64,000 nucleotides of DNA from Escherichia phage MLF4: the sequence record NC_055780.1. One strand, given 5' to 3'. Position 1 is the stretch's first letter; every line of letters starts with the position of its first letter. The position numbers and the translations under genes are program-made. Shown piece after piece: positions 47,025-56,782 of the stretch. The notes beneath the pieces are model-generated. The model did no database searches. It was not told the origin of the DNA and worked only from the letters and a program-made list of their open reading frames with translations.

Positions 47025-47365
47025 TGTTTATCTTTAATTGGTTTAAAAATTTCTTTACAGATTTTTTCTCTACAACTCCGGGAGAAGGTGTAGTTCCTAT
47101 TTCAAATGACTATCTTCCTTTAACTGTAGTTGAGTATGTTTATATGGGAGATGGAACAGTAGAAGCAGTTACTATGACTTATGAAGAAGCCCAAGAATAT
47201 TATAAAAATCCTTGGCGCTGGTCAGTACCTACTACATCATCTAATGCACAGAATACACAGTCTAGTTCTGATTCATATGACACCAATGTTCCTGTTCATG
47301 TATGGACGGGCGATTCATGTGGAAGTTCTTGTGATTCTAGTTGTTCATCTACATCTTGTGATTGA
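47024..47365 (+). CDS. hypothetical protein with Ser/Cys-rich C-terminal tail (113 aa)
   Basis: TAATG overlap; C-terminus [18 protein letters not shown]. Confidence 0.45.
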   Translation: MFIFNWFKNFFTDFFSTTPGEGVVPISNDYLPLTVVEYVYMGDGTVEAVTMTYEEAQEYYKNPWRWSVPTTSSNAQNTQSSSDSYDTNVPVHVWTGDSCGSSCDSSCSSTSCD

Positions 47366-47373
47366 GGAAAATT

Positions 47374-47859
47374 ATGGAAGCGATTTTGTTTGAAATGTCT
47401 ATCAATAGTATTAGTATGGCGTTTGTCAAGGATGTTCCAATTACAGTAGCAGTAATGATTGATAAAAGATATGACAATGACATGTATCTAGTAGAAGATT
47501 TTATTTCAATGCCAGTTCCAGAAGATGTTGAAATAAAACTTAAAAAGATCGGAATTATTGAAACTGTACAAAATTCTCCATTTATGGCAATTCAAGCATT
47601 TACTAAATCTAACTATATTGATGTTGCTGAAGCATACTATAATAATAAACCGTTATCCTTCTATTCATACGATTCAATATATGATTGGAAAATAGATAAA
47701 GGAAATAAATTTATAATTACGGACGAAAGTGCGCTATCATATTTTATTACCTCTTTATGGAATAATTTAAATCCTAATTTGCTAAAAATTCATGAATTTG
47801 ACGCTGTCCATACTATCGTTTTAGGTAAAACAAATGAAAGTTCTGAAGAAAATGCTTGA
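47374..47859 (+). CDS. hypothetical protein (161 aa)
   Basis: ORF-track start 47362 is TTG; ATG 47374 after GAGGAAAA. Confidence 0.45.
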   Translation: MEAILFEMSINSISMAFVKDVPITVAVMIDKRYDNDMYLVEDFISMPVPEDVEIKLKKIGIIETVQNSPFMAIQAFTKSNYIDVAEAYYNNKPLSFYSYDSIYDWKIDKGNKFIITDESALSYFITSLWNNLNPNLLKIHEFDAVHTIVLGKTNESSEENA

Positions 47860-48037
47860 ATGGTTCAATAGACCAAACTCAATGTATATTGATGATGGTT
47901 GGGTTGAACAAGCAAATAAAGAAATGCAGAACGAGTCAGAAGAATGGATGAAATCAATGATTAGTGCTGAGAAAGAAAAGAAATTAGAACGCTCAGCGCT
48001 TAAATTGATGAGAGACATCTATGGTGATAAATCATGA
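47834..48037 (+). CDS. hypothetical protein (67 aa)
   Basis: ATG overlapping upstream 3' end. Confidence 0.4.
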   Translation: MKVLKKMLEWFNRPNSMYIDDGWVEQANKEMQNESEEWMKSMISAEKEKKLERSALKLMRDIYGDKS

Positions 48038-48198
48038 CCAAAGATATGACGTTAGAAGAGGCAAAGGCTAAAGCAAATGAAGCAATGGATTTGCTTCTTA
48101 AAATTGGCAGTAAAATGATGGAAGAAAATGAGAAGTATATCCAGGAAAATAAAATTCCTGACGGTCCATTAGTAGGCAAAAGGAAATCACATGATTGA
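48034..48198 (+). CDS. possible small protein (54 aa)
   Basis: ATGA overlap; below ORF-track cutoff. Confidence 0.3.
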   Translation: MTKDMTLEEAKAKANEAMDLLLKIGSKMMEENEKYIQENKIPDGPLVGKRKSHD

Positions 48199-48661
48199 AG
48201 TAGCAAAATTATATTCAATAGAATTTATGTCTAAAGAAGGTAAATCAGTAAATACACTTGATAAAAAATGCTCATTAATTATTCCTTTAGCAGAAAATCC
48301 GGATTTTTTAATTAAAGATATAAAAGAAAGAAAATATCCAGAAAATGTTATTCTAATTATAAAGCATACTGAAGATATTTTGCAGAATACTGATTCGCCG
48401 TTTTCTTCTTCCGAAGCTTTAACTATTAAAGGCTATAAAAGAGCTCATGAATATGGTCTTTTTGACATGTTTGAAGACGATAAAGTTAAATTAGCGAGTC
48501 AACCTTCTAAAAGTAAAACATTCATTATTGAAGATATTAAAGATATAAATGCATTTGTTAAGATGGTCTGGGCTCATTTTGATGTTGGACTACGCTGGAG
48601 AATGTCCGAAGAAGAAAGAAAGATTATTGAAGCTAATCGTCAATTTGGTTTTTATCGCTAG
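48191..48661 (+). CDS. hypothetical protein (156 aa)
   Basis: ATG after AGGAAATCAC. Confidence 0.45.
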   Translation: MIEVAKLYSIEFMSKEGKSVNTLDKKCSLIIPLAENPDFLIKDIKERKYPENVILIIKHTEDILQNTDSPFSSSEALTIKGYKRAHEYGLFDMFEDDKVKLASQPSKSKTFIIEDIKDINAFVKMVWAHFDVGLRWRMSEEERKIIEANRQFGFYR

Positions 48662-48669
48662 GAATTAGT

Positions 48670-48852
48670 ATGGATTTATTTGAGATGTTAGAAGATAATC
48701 ATTCTACGAATATCCAGAATGATTCTAGTGATTATAAGAAAGAATACCGTATAGTATTACAGAATTATGGAATTGAAGCCCCAGATGCTCTTCTAGAAGA
48801 ACTAGCTTCATACCATCTTGACCCTCCGCCTTGGGCTCCCTGGGCAAAATAA
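48670..48852 (+). CDS. hypothetical protein (60 aa)
   Basis: ATG after TAGGAATTAGT. Confidence 0.4.
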   Translation: MDLFEMLEDNHSTNIQNDSSDYKKEYRIVLQNYGIEAPDALLEELASYHLDPPPWAPWAK

Positions 48853-48863
48853 TTCAAAAAGTT

Positions 48864-48893
48864 GTTTACTTTCCTTTCTAACGATGATATGAT
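48864..48893 (+). promoter_or_regulatory. T4-type early promoter
   Basis: GTTTAC 48864-48869, 18-nt spacer, TATGAT 48888-48893. Confidence 0.55.
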
Positions 48894-48919
48894 AGCTTCT
48901 GAAGTATACGGAGGCTATC

Positions 48920-49543
48920 ATGATTATTAATCCTGCAGATGTTGAACAGTTATCTATAAAAGCTGAAAGCGTTGATTTTCAATATGATATGTATAAAAAA
49001 GTCTGTGAAAAATTTACTGACTTTGAGCAGTCTGTTCTTTGGCAATGTATGGAAGCCAAAAAGAATGAAGCTCTTCATCGGCAGTTGAATAAAATCATTA
49101 AAAAGCATTTAACTAAATCGCCTTATCAGTTATATCGTGGTATATCAAAATCGACAAAAGAAATAATAGAAAATTTACAGGTTGGAGATGTATTTTCAAC
49201 AAATAGGGTAGATTCATTTACTACTAGTTTGCATACAGCGTGTTCTTTTTCTTATGCTGAATATTTCACTGAAACAATACTTCGTTTAAAAACTGATAAA
49301 GCTTTTAATTATTCTGACCATATCAGCGATATTATACTTTCTTCTCCTAACACTGAGTTTAAGTACACGTATGAAGATACTGATGGGTTAGATTCAGAAA
49401 GAACTGATAACTTAATGATGATTGTACATGAACAAGAATGGATGATTCCAATTGGAAAGTATAAAATAACTTCTATTTCAAAAGAAAAATTACACGATTC
49501 ATTTGGAACATTTAAAGTTTATGATATTGAGGTAATTGAATGA
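48920..49543 (+). CDS. modB: ADP-ribosyltransferase ModB candidate (207 aa)
   Basis: ART-type R-S-ExE arrangement (YRGIS, TTSLHT, EQEWMIP); size and position. Confidence 0.6.
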   Translation: MIINPADVEQLSIKAESVDFQYDMYKKVCEKFTDFEQSVLWQCMEAKKNEALHRQLNKIIKKHLTKSPYQLYRGISKSTKEIIENLQVGDVFSTNRVDSFTTSLHTACSFSYAEYFTETILRLKTDKAFNYSDHISDIILSSPNTEFKYTYEDTDGLDSERTDNLMMIVHEQEWMIPIGKYKITSISKEKLHDSFGTFKVYDIEVIE

Positions 49544-50142
49544 AATACTCAGTAATGCAACTAAAAGATTTTAAAATAAAATCAATGGATGCATCGGTGC
49601 GTGCTTCTATTCGTGAAGAATTACTTTCTGAAGGGTTTAATTTATCTGAAATTGAACTTTTAATTCATTGTATTACTAATAAACCAGATGACCATACTTG
49701 GTTAAATGAAATAATCAAATCTCGTTTGGTTCCAAACGATAAACCTCTTTGGAGAGGTGTTCCAGCTGAGACTAAGCAGGTGTTAAATCAAGGAATTGAT
49801 ATTATTACATTTGATAAAGTCGTATCAGCTTCATATGATAAAAATATAGCTCTACATTTTGCTTCCGGTTTAGAGTATAACACACAGGTTATTTTTGAAT
49901 TCAAAGCTCCTATGGTATTCAATTTCCAGGAGTATGCTATAAAAGCTCTACGCTGTAAAGAATACAATCCAAACTTTAAGTTTCCGGATAGCCATCGTTA
50001 TCGTAATATGGAATTAGTTTCAGATGAACAAGAAGTAATGATACCAGCTGGAAGTGTATTTAGAATTGCAGATAGATATGAGTACAAAAAGTATTCAACA
50101 TACACTATCTATACTCTTGATTTTGAAGGATTTAATCTATAA
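49540..50142 (+). CDS. modA: ADP-ribosyltransferase ModA candidate (200 aa)
   Basis: ART-type motifs (WRGVP, VSASYD, EQEVMIP); size and position. Confidence 0.6.
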   Translation: MKYSVMQLKDFKIKSMDASVRASIREELLSEGFNLSEIELLIHCITNKPDDHTWLNEIIKSRLVPNDKPLWRGVPAETKQVLNQGIDIITFDKVVSASYDKNIALHFASGLEYNTQVIFEFKAPMVFNFQEYAIKALRCKEYNPNFKFPDSHRYRNMELVSDEQEVMIPAGSVFRIADRYEYKKYSTYTIYTLDFEGFNL

Positions 50143-50199
50143 TGGAAGGACTTAGATTCATTATACCATGAAATTTTTAAAGCATTTTTACATAAAGTT

Positions 50200-50229
50200 G
50201 TTTACAAGTTAAGGTAAAAATGTTATAGT
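50200..50229 (+). promoter_or_regulatory. T4-type early promoter
   Basis: GTTTAC 50200-50205, 18-nt spacer, TATAGT 50224-50229. Confidence 0.55.
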
Positions 50230-50263
50230 AAGTATTAAATCGTCCGTAAGATGTGAGAAAAAT

Positions 50264-51019
50264 ATGAAACTGCATAATATGTCTAATAATCAAATTCGTA
50301 AAATTAAACGTCGTTTAGAGCGCACTCAGGCATCTGCTAAAAGACGTTCTAAAGATTTTAACTTAGACTTCAATTACATTAAGAACATTTTAGATCAGAA
50401 AGTTTGCGCTTACTCGGGAGAACCTTTTGATAATCGTATTGAAGGAGAGAAATTATCATTAGAACGTTTTGATAATAACGTTGGATACATTAAAGGGAAT
50501 GTTATTGCAGTAAAGAAAAAGTATAATACATTTCGTTCTGATTATACTTTAGAAGAGTTGATTGAAAAGCGTGATTTATTTGCTTTGCGAATTGGTCGTT
50601 CATCTGCGAAAAAAGTTCATAAACTAAATTTAGATGAAAAGAAATGGGCTAAAATCAAAAAGACTTATAATCAAATTAAAGCTATACAGAAAAAACGTGA
50701 AAACCGAATTGAACACATTTCTCAGCTTTCTAAATCAAAACAGACCTCTGACATTAAGCTAAGAATTATATCACTTAAAGCTCGTATTGATGGTTCTCGC
50801 ATAGCAGAAGGCGCTGAAGTTGTTAAACTTAACGTTCTTCTTAAAGGTTCGGATTGGAAAATTGTGAAAAAGCTGTCAGAAGCAGAAATGCAATATGATA
50901 TGTGTGATAAAATTATTCAAGGTGTAGAGCGGTATCAAAACTTGTCTTTTATTGATAAACTTAAACTGAAAAGAGGATACCCGCTAAATTGTTCAATTTT
51001 TAAACTTATCCGAGGATAA
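50264..51019 (+). CDS. basic hypothetical protein (251 aa) at the srd position
   Basis: ATG after GTGAGAAA; Lys/Arg-rich; assignment by position and size only. Confidence 0.45.
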   Translation: MKLHNMSNNQIRKIKRRLERTQASAKRRSKDFNLDFNYIKNILDQKVCAYSGEPFDNRIEGEKLSLERFDNNVGYIKGNVIAVKKKYNTFRSDYTLEELIEKRDLFALRIGRSSAKKVHKLNLDEKKWAKIKKTYNQIKAIQKKRENRIEHISQLSKSKQTSDIKLRIISLKARIDGSRIAEGAEVVKLNVLLKGSDWKIVKKLSEAEMQYDMCDKIIQGVERYQNLSFIDKLKLKRGYPLNCSIFKLIRG

Positions 51020-51020
51020 T

Positions 51021-51332
51021 ATGGTTTATGTATATGCGATAGTTTACCGAGACAAAGACGGATTTACGGCGCCAGTTCCGCTTGATGAACATCGTCCTGC
51101 TGTATTTTTTGAATGGAAGATTGCTGATAAAGTATTTACCACTCTTAAAGAGCAGTATCAACTAGCTTTAGGTAAGGGAATTCCAAGATTAGTTGAGACT
51201 CCACGTAAATTTTGGTTTAATAAAATAGAAGTTAAACATGTTAAGCCTGATGTAGACACACAAAGATTATATCAGCGAATTTTAGATACTGGGCGTATTG
51301 TTAGTATACCAATTGCAGGGAATTTACGATGA
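51021..51332 (+). CDS. hypothetical protein (103 aa)
   Basis: ATG after CGAGGATAAT. Confidence 0.5.
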   Translation: MVYVYAIVYRDKDGFTAPVPLDEHRPAVFFEWKIADKVFTTLKEQYQLALGKGIPRLVETPRKFWFNKIEVKHVKPDVDTQRLYQRILDTGRIVSIPIAGNLR

Positions 51333-52648
51333 CATTTGATGATTTGACCGAAGGCCAGAAAAATGCCTTTAACATTGTTATGAGGGCTATTAAAGAAAAG
51401 AAACATCATGTAACTATTAATGGACCTGCTGGTACTGGTAAGACTACTCTTACTAAGTTCATCATTGAAGCTTTAATATCTACGGGTGAAACTGGTATTA
51501 TTTTAGCAGCTCCTACACATGCAGCTAAAAAGATTCTTTCAAAACTGTCGGGGAAAGAAGCGAGTACTATTCATAGTATTCTTAAAATTAACCCAGTAAC
51601 ATATGAAGAAAATGTCCTCTTTGAGCAGAAGGAAGTACCAGATTTAGCTAAATGCAGAGTATTAATCTGCGATGAAGTGTCAATGTATGATAGAAAGCTA
51701 TTTAAAATTCTGCTTTCAACTATCCCGCCGTGGTGTACTATAATTGGAATAGGTGATAATAAGCAAATTAGACCTGTTGACCCAGGAGAAAATACTGCTT
51801 ATATCAGTCCATTCTTTACACATAAAGATTTTTATCAGTGTGAACTCACTGAAGTTAAACGCAGTAATGCTCCTATTATTGATGTAGCTACTGATGTTCG
51901 CAACGGTAAGTGGATTTATGATAAAGTTGTTGACGGGCATGGAGTACGTGGATTTACAGGTGATACCGCTTTACGCGATTTTATGGTAAATTATTTTTCA
52001 ATCGTCAAATCTCTAGATGATTTGTTTGAAAATCGCGTAATGGCATTTACGAATAAATCTGTTGACAAGTTAAATAGCATTATTCGTAAAAAGATTTTTG
52101 AAACTGATAAAGATTTTATTGTAGGTGAAATTATTGTAATGCAGGAACCATTAATTAAAACATATAAAATTGATGGAAAGCCTGTGTCAGAAATTATTTT
52201 TAATAACGGACAATTAGTTCGTATTATAGAAGCAGAGTATACATCAACGTTTGTTAAAGCCCGTGGTGTTCCTGGAGAATACTTAATTCGTCATTGGGAT
52301 TTAACAGTAGAAACTTACGGCGATGATGAATATTATCGTGAAAAGATTAAAATAATTTCATCTGATGAAGAGCTATATAAGTTTAACCTGTTTTTAGGTA
52401 AAACAGCAGAAACTTATAAAAATTGGAACAAAGGCGGAAAAGCTCCATGGAGTGATTTTTGGGATGCTAAATCACAGTTCAGTAAAGTGAAAGCACTTCC
52501 TGCATCAACATTCCATAAAGCTCAGGGTATGTCTGTAGACCGTGCTTTCATTTATACGCCTTGTATTCATTATGCAGATGCTGAATTAGCTCAACAACTT
52601 CTTTACGTTGGTGTAACACGTGGTCGTTATGATGTGTTTTATGTGTGA
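51329..52648 (+). CDS. dda: Dda SF1B DNA helicase (439 aa)
   Basis: ATGA overlap; Walker A GPAGTGKTT; N-terminus MTFDDLTEGQKNAFNIVM matches recollection. Confidence 0.9.
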   Translation: MTFDDLTEGQKNAFNIVMRAIKEKKHHVTINGPAGTGKTTLTKFIIEALISTGETGIILAAPTHAAKKILSKLSGKEASTIHSILKINPVTYEENVLFEQKEVPDLAKCRVLICDEVSMYDRKLFKILLSTIPPWCTIIGIGDNKQIRPVDPGENTAYISPFFTHKDFYQCELTEVKRSNAPIIDVATDVRNGKWIYDKVVDGHGVRGFTGDTALRDFMVNYFSIVKSLDDLFENRVMAFTNKSVDKLNSIIRKKIFETDKDFIVGEIIVMQEPLIKTYKIDGKPVSEIIFNNGQLVRIIEAEYTSTFVKARGVPGEYLIRHWDLTVETYGDDEYYREKIKIISSDEELYKFNLFLGKTAETYKNWNKGGKAPWSDFWDAKSQFSKVKALPASTFHKAQGMSVDRAFIYTPCIHYADAELAQQLLYVGVTRGRYDVFYV

Positions 52649-52654
52649 GGCTAT

Positions 52655-52915
52655 ATGATTAACATCAATTCAAAATATTTAAATCGTCTAATAGATGGTA
52701 TAAGGAAGCATACTAATAAGCAAGATAATCTCGATGTTATGGTAACAGGAGCTGAGCTCCTTCATAAGCTTTATCTTATAAGTGATACTATATTAGCAAT
52801 TAAACGAATTGAAAAACAATCATATCACAGTAATACAGATACGGTAATTACACTAGATGAAAGTGTCTGTAAATTACTAATTAAATTTGAGGAAGCTATT
52901 CGTGGAAATAACTAA
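52655..52915 (+). CDS. hypothetical protein (86 aa), first of three small paralog-like genes
   Basis: ATG after GTGAGGCT. Confidence 0.45.
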   Translation: MININSKYLNRLIDGIRKHTNKQDNLDVMVTGAELLHKLYLISDTILAIKRIEKQSYHSNTDTVITLDESVCKLLIKFEEAIRGNN

Positions 52916-53147
52916 AGACCAGTTTTATCTGCTTCAAGATAAAGTAAGCGAAATTTATGAAATAGCTTATAGTAAAAATCGCAAAAACGTGAAAATTGAA
53001 TCAGGCAAGTTAATGCTTCAATTGGAAGAAATTGAACGAGATTTAATTGCGTTAGAATTCTTTTGCGGCGAAGTGAAAACTGTCACAATCAATGATTACG
53101 TTTTAGGCGAAATTAGCTATCTTTATGAGGCGATTATTAATGATTGA
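52902..53147 (+). CDS. hypothetical protein (about 81 aa), probable GTG start
   Basis: ORF-track start 52887 is TTG; GTG 52902 lies 7 nt after GAGGAA; C-terminal motif VTINDYVLGEISYL resembles next gene. Confidence 0.4.
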   Translation: MEITKDQFYLLQDKVSEIYEIAYSKNRKNVKIESGKLMLQLEEIERDLIALEFFCGEVKTVTINDYVLGEISYLYEAIIND

Positions 53148-53382
53148 ATTAAGTTGGTACCAGTTTAAATCTCTTATGACAAATGTTAAAGCTGTCATTG
53201 AAGAAAATCCAGGTCCTGAAAATATTACTATTCGCGAAAAAGCTTCAAAGATAGTATACAGTCTTAAAGAGATACAAAAAGATATTGAATCTATGGCAAA
53301 ATTTATTGATGAGCCTATTAATAAAGTTTATATTCAAGACTATACTGTAGGCCAAATTCGTGACTTAGCGAGGAAAATTTAA
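53140..53382 (+). CDS. hypothetical protein (80 aa), paralog of previous
   Basis: ATG 53140 (alt 53125); C-terminal VYIQDYTVGQIRDL. Confidence 0.45.
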   Translation: MIELSWYQFKSLMTNVKAVIEENPGPENITIREKASKIVYSLKEIQKDIESMAKFIDEPINKVYIQDYTVGQIRDLARKI

Positions 53383-54065
53383 TGTTTGATTTTATTATAG
53401 ATTTTGAAACAATGGGAAGCGGTGAAAAAGCAGCTGTTATTGATTTGGCTGTAATTGCTTTTGACCCTAACCCAGAAGTAGTTGAATCATTCGATGAACT
53501 AGTTTCACGTGGCATTAAAATCAAATTTGATTTAAAAAGCCAAAAAGGACATCGTCTTTTTACTAAAAGCACTATCGAATGGTGGAAAAATCAGTCTCCT
53601 GAAGCTCGAAAAAATATTGCACCATCCGATGAAGATGTAAGCACCATTGATGGTATTGCAAAATTCAACGATTACATCAATGCACATAATATCGATCCTT
53701 GGAAATCTCAAGGCTGGTGCCGTGGAATGTCGTTTGATTTTCCAATTTTAGTCGATCTCATTCGCGATATTCAACGTCTTAATGGCGTTTCCGAGAATGA
53801 GCTTGATACATTTAAGTTAGAACCATGTAAATTCTGGAATCAGCGTGATATTCGTACCAGAATTGAAGCACTTCTGCTTGTTCGTGATATGACCACGTGT
53901 CCTCTTCCAAAGGGAACTTTAGATGGATTCGTTGCACATGATTCTATTCATGACTGTGCGAAAGACATCCTGATGATGAAGTATGCTTTGCGATACGCTA
54001 TGGGTCTTGAAGATGCTCCGTCAGAGGAAGATTGCGATCCTCTGTCTCTTCCAACAAAACGATAA
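53382..54065 (+). CDS. dexA: exonuclease A candidate (227 aa)
   Basis: TAATG overlap; size and position after dda. Confidence 0.65.
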   Translation: MFDFIIDFETMGSGEKAAVIDLAVIAFDPNPEVVESFDELVSRGIKIKFDLKSQKGHRLFTKSTIEWWKNQSPEARKNIAPSDEDVSTIDGIAKFNDYINAHNIDPWKSQGWCRGMSFDFPILVDLIRDIQRLNGVSENELDTFKLEPCKFWNQRDIRTRIEALLLVRDMTTCPLPKGTLDGFVAHDSIHDCAKDILMMKYALRYAMGLEDAPSEEDCDPLSLPTKR

Positions 54066-54071
54066 AAAGTT

Positions 54072-54101
54072 GTTTACTTCCTCGGTTAGTTGTGGTATTA
54101 T
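54072..54101 (+). promoter_or_regulatory. T4-type early promoter
   Basis: GTTTAC 54072-54077, 18-nt spacer, TATTAT 54096-54101. Confidence 0.55.
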
Positions 54102-54128
54102 AACACCATAGCTACTGAGGATAATAAA

Positions 54129-54641
54129 ATGAAAATTTATCGTGTTGAATCATCGTTTAGCGCATTAAATGATGATAGTGGTATAGTCAAAATTAGGCAA
54201 GAGTTATGCGTTCAATCAACTCCTTATCGTGGATTTGATTCTATGAAAACTCGAACTTGGCTAAAATTTTGCGGTATTAATTCATCGTCATTTCATCATC
54301 ATAGCGATAATTATGAAAGCCATGAAAGTATTCCTATTCCACACGATGATAAGTTATTAGTTGAAAATGCTAATGATGCTATTAAAACTAAATGGAATAA
54401 AGATTATTCACAATTTGAAAATTATATTCCATTGTGGCTTATTGCATTATATCATTTTGCTTTCGCTAGTGAATATGATATGATGAGATGGTTCACCCGA
54501 GAAGAGCGTGAAGACTTAAAAGATCGTGGAATGTACATTGCGATTTATGAAGTTCCTGAAGATGAAGTTATCATTGGCGGGCACCAAGTAATGTTCCGTA
54601 AATCCCATGCTGAACTTGTAGATTTTATTGAAATGAGATAA
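54129..54641 (+). CDS. hypothetical protein (170 aa)
   Basis: ORF-track start 54090 is TTG; ATG 54129 after GAGGATAATAAA. Confidence 0.45.
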   Translation: MKIYRVESSFSALNDDSGIVKIRQELCVQSTPYRGFDSMKTRTWLKFCGINSSSFHHHSDNYESHESIPIPHDDKLLVENANDAIKTKWNKDYSQFENYIPLWLIALYHFAFASEYDMMRWFTREEREDLKDRGMYIAIYEVPEDEVIIGGHQVMFRKSHAELVDFIEMR

Positions 54642-54643
54642 TT

Positions 54644-55186
54644 ATGAAATTTAATTATAATCCTGAATACACACCGAATCCTGTAGATAAACCGTTTGAT
54701 ATGGATATAGCAAGCATGTACGGCACCCTCGTTAAACCATTAGAAATTAAGGAAACATTTATGACTGCTCGGACCATCGAAATTGGCAAAATCTACAAAC
54801 TAGTTGAAACTGAAATTAAAACTACTGAACTAAATTTGGGTTATAAAGCATTGACTAATGTTTTTGGTGAAGGCGAGTTTGTGGTTAAAAGCTTTTCAAA
54901 AAGTAACTGGTATGATAAGAATAAAGCTTACGTGATTCGAGTACAACGTTTAGATAATGATGAAGTAATTAAAACTATAGTTTTTGAAGCAGAGTTCATC
55001 CTCTTTCAAGAATGCGATCCTACTGACCTTTTAACTCGTGCGGTAGCTATCAAGACCCCATTTATTTCGGTTTGTGGTTGGGTAACAGACCAGTGGATTG
55101 AAGATGGTGTTGAACTTCTGAACGTTGTTCATGCAGGTGATTTTAGTGTAGTACCTCGTAGTGCGGTGGTAGCTATTTTAAATTAA
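54644..55186 (+). CDS. hypothetical protein (180 aa), paralog of 55262 gene
   Basis: C-terminal VCGWVTDQWIEDGVELLNVV parallels MCAYITDQWVEDGVKLYNAV in next gene. Confidence 0.45.
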   Translation: MKFNYNPEYTPNPVDKPFDMDIASMYGTLVKPLEIKETFMTARTIEIGKIYKLVETEIKTTELNLGYKALTNVFGEGEFVVKSFSKSNWYDKNKAYVIRVQRLDNDEVIKTIVFEAEFILFQECDPTDLLTRAVAIKTPFISVCGWVTDQWIEDGVELLNVVHAGDFSVVPRSAVVAILN

Positions 55187-55188
55187 TA

Positions 55189-55216
55189 GTTTACAAACTC
55201 TTGGGATCATTATACT
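55189..55216 (+). promoter_or_regulatory. early-promoter-like element
   Basis: GTTTAC 55189-55194; -10 candidate TATACT 55211-55216 with short spacer. Confidence 0.4.
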
Positions 55217-55261
55217 CTGGTCCCGTGGAGTATAAAATCTTTTAACAAGTGAGAGATAACT

Positions 55262-55759
55262 ATGATTATTAATATTGGTGAAATTGCTCGTGTATCTGAT
55301 AAATCCCGTTCTAAAGCAGCAGGAAAATTGGTTGAAATTGTAAGCATTCAGCTTAAACACGGTGTTAAAGATGAAGATTCTGAAGTAAAAGTGCGTATCA
55401 TTCCTAAAGATGGAAAGTCTAAACCTCAGTTTGGCTATGTTCGTGCGAAATTTCTTGAATCTGCGTTTTTGAAAGCTGTTCCTGCTAAAGGAATTGAAAC
55501 GATTGATACTTCGCATGTAGGCGTAGACTTTAAGTGGAAACTCGGTCAAGCTATTAAGTTCGTTGCTCCTTATGAATTCGAATTTACTGAAGATGAGGAA
55601 GGGGTTGTTCAAAAACACCGTACTCGTGCTATGTGCGCATACATTACCGATCAGTGGGTAGAAGACGGTGTTAAGCTGTACAACGCGGTATTTTTAGGAA
55701 CATACAAAGTCATTCCTGAAAGTTGGATTAAACACTATAGCAAAGCTCGCTATGCATAA
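55262..55759 (+). CDS. hypothetical protein (165 aa)
   Basis: ATG after GTGAGAGATAAC. Confidence 0.45.
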   Translation: MIINIGEIARVSDKSRSKAAGKLVEIVSIQLKHGVKDEDSEVKVRIIPKDGKSKPQFGYVRAKFLESAFLKAVPAKGIETIDTSHVGVDFKWKLGQAIKFVAPYEFEFTEDEEGVVQKHRTRAMCAYITDQWVEDGVKLYNAVFLGTYKVIPESWIKHYSKARYA

Positions 55760-55789
55760 AGTTTAAAATTTTTTCATAAAACTATATAC

Positions 55790-55832
55790 ATCAGTAGTTG
55801 ATTATGGTACTATATCAATATCAACTACTGAT
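55790..55832 (+). repeat. 13-bp perfect inverted repeat (ATCAGTAGTTGAT / ATCAACTACTGAT) bracketing a -10 box
   Basis: Arms 55790-55802 and 55820-55832; spacer contains GGTACTAT -10-like sequence. Confidence 0.6.
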
Positions 55833-55856
55833 ACAGAAAATAACTTGGAGAATAAA

Positions 55857-56126
55857 ATGGAAAACTTAATTATCATCGAGCAATCTTTCAACGATTATGG
55901 TATGGCTTACGGTTATCGTGCGATAATGGAAGATTCTCGTGGATGTGTTATCGATATTGCTGAATGTAAAGATTTACTGCAGCTTTTGAAGATTGTTCGC
56001 AAAAATTGGGATTGTGAAAACATTAAAGCTCGTGTTGTAACGGAAGAAGAAACTGTTTTTCATGATGTAAAATTCGCTAAAGGTGCTGCTACTCTTCTGA
56101 AACGCATCGCTCCACTGTTCAATTAA
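55857..56126 (+). CDS. hypothetical protein (89 aa)
   Basis: ORF-track start 55845 is TTG; ATG 55857 after TTGGAGAATAAA, same leader as gene at 36935. Confidence 0.45.
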   Translation: MENLIIIEQSFNDYGMAYGYRAIMEDSRGCVIDIAECKDLLQLLKIVRKNWDCENIKARVVTEEETVFHDVKFAKGAATLLKRIAPLFN

Positions 56127-56139
56127 TGAGGAAATTGTA

Positions 56140-56355
56140 ATGAAACGTAAAATTGTTCAGAATTGCACTAATGACGAATTTGAAGATGTACTATTCGATC
56201 CAGATTTGGTAGTAGTTCAAAAAGAACATACCGTTAAGTTTACTCACTTGACTTCGGTTTATGTGTATGAAAAGGTTGGTGATAAACAACCAATTTACGG
56301 TGTATTTCGTGAAATTACTGAAGATGGCACAACTTACTGGAAGGAAACTTATTAA
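56140..56355 (+). CDS. hypothetical protein (71 aa)
   Basis: ATG after TGAGGAAATTG. Confidence 0.45.
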   Translation: MKRKIVQNCTNDEFEDVLFDPDLVVVQKEHTVKFTHLTSVYVYEKVGDKQPIYGVFREITEDGTTYWKETY

Positions 56356-56780
56356 TGGCTATTAAATTTGAAGTTAATAAATGGTATCAATTTAAAAATA
56401 AACAAGCTCAAGAAGATTTTATCAAGGACCATACTGAAAACGGAATTTATGCACGTCGTCTTGGTATGGAACCTTTTAGAGTTACAGATATTGACTATCT
56501 TGGTCGTCCTACTAAACTTGTGACATCTAGTGGAAAATTGGCGTTATCTTCTGGTAAAGATATTTTGGATGAAGATTTTATCTGGCTTTCAACGAGCGAA
56601 GCTGTGTTCTTTGATGAAGTGGAAAATCCATATCAGGCAGTTGAAGAGCAAGAGCAGGAAGAGAAAGAGCAAGAACAAATAGAAGATTTCACAGAATTCC
56701 CGGTCATGAAAGTTACTATTGAAAATAATGAACAGGCATGGTCTTTGTATCAGATGCTGAAAGCTCATTTTAAGGAATAA
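56355..56780 (+). CDS. hypothetical acidic protein (141 aa)
   Basis: TAATG overlap; Glu-rich stretch [12 protein letters not shown]. Confidence 0.45.
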   Translation: MAIKFEVNKWYQFKNKQAQEDFIKDHTENGIYARRLGMEPFRVTDIDYLGRPTKLVTSSGKLALSSGKDILDEDFIWLSTSEAVFFDEVENPYQAVEEQEQEEKEQEQIEDFTEFPVMKVTIENNEQAWSLYQMLKAHFKE

Positions 56781-56782
56781 TT

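Noticed and set aside
47181-47393. 70-aa + strand ORF
   Set aside because: Alternative frame inside the 47024 gene; no RBS.
55178-55618. 146-aa minus-strand ORF
   Set aside because: Lies entirely antisense to the + strand gene at 55262 and an early promoter; no SD; AT-rich antisense frames are often open by chance.
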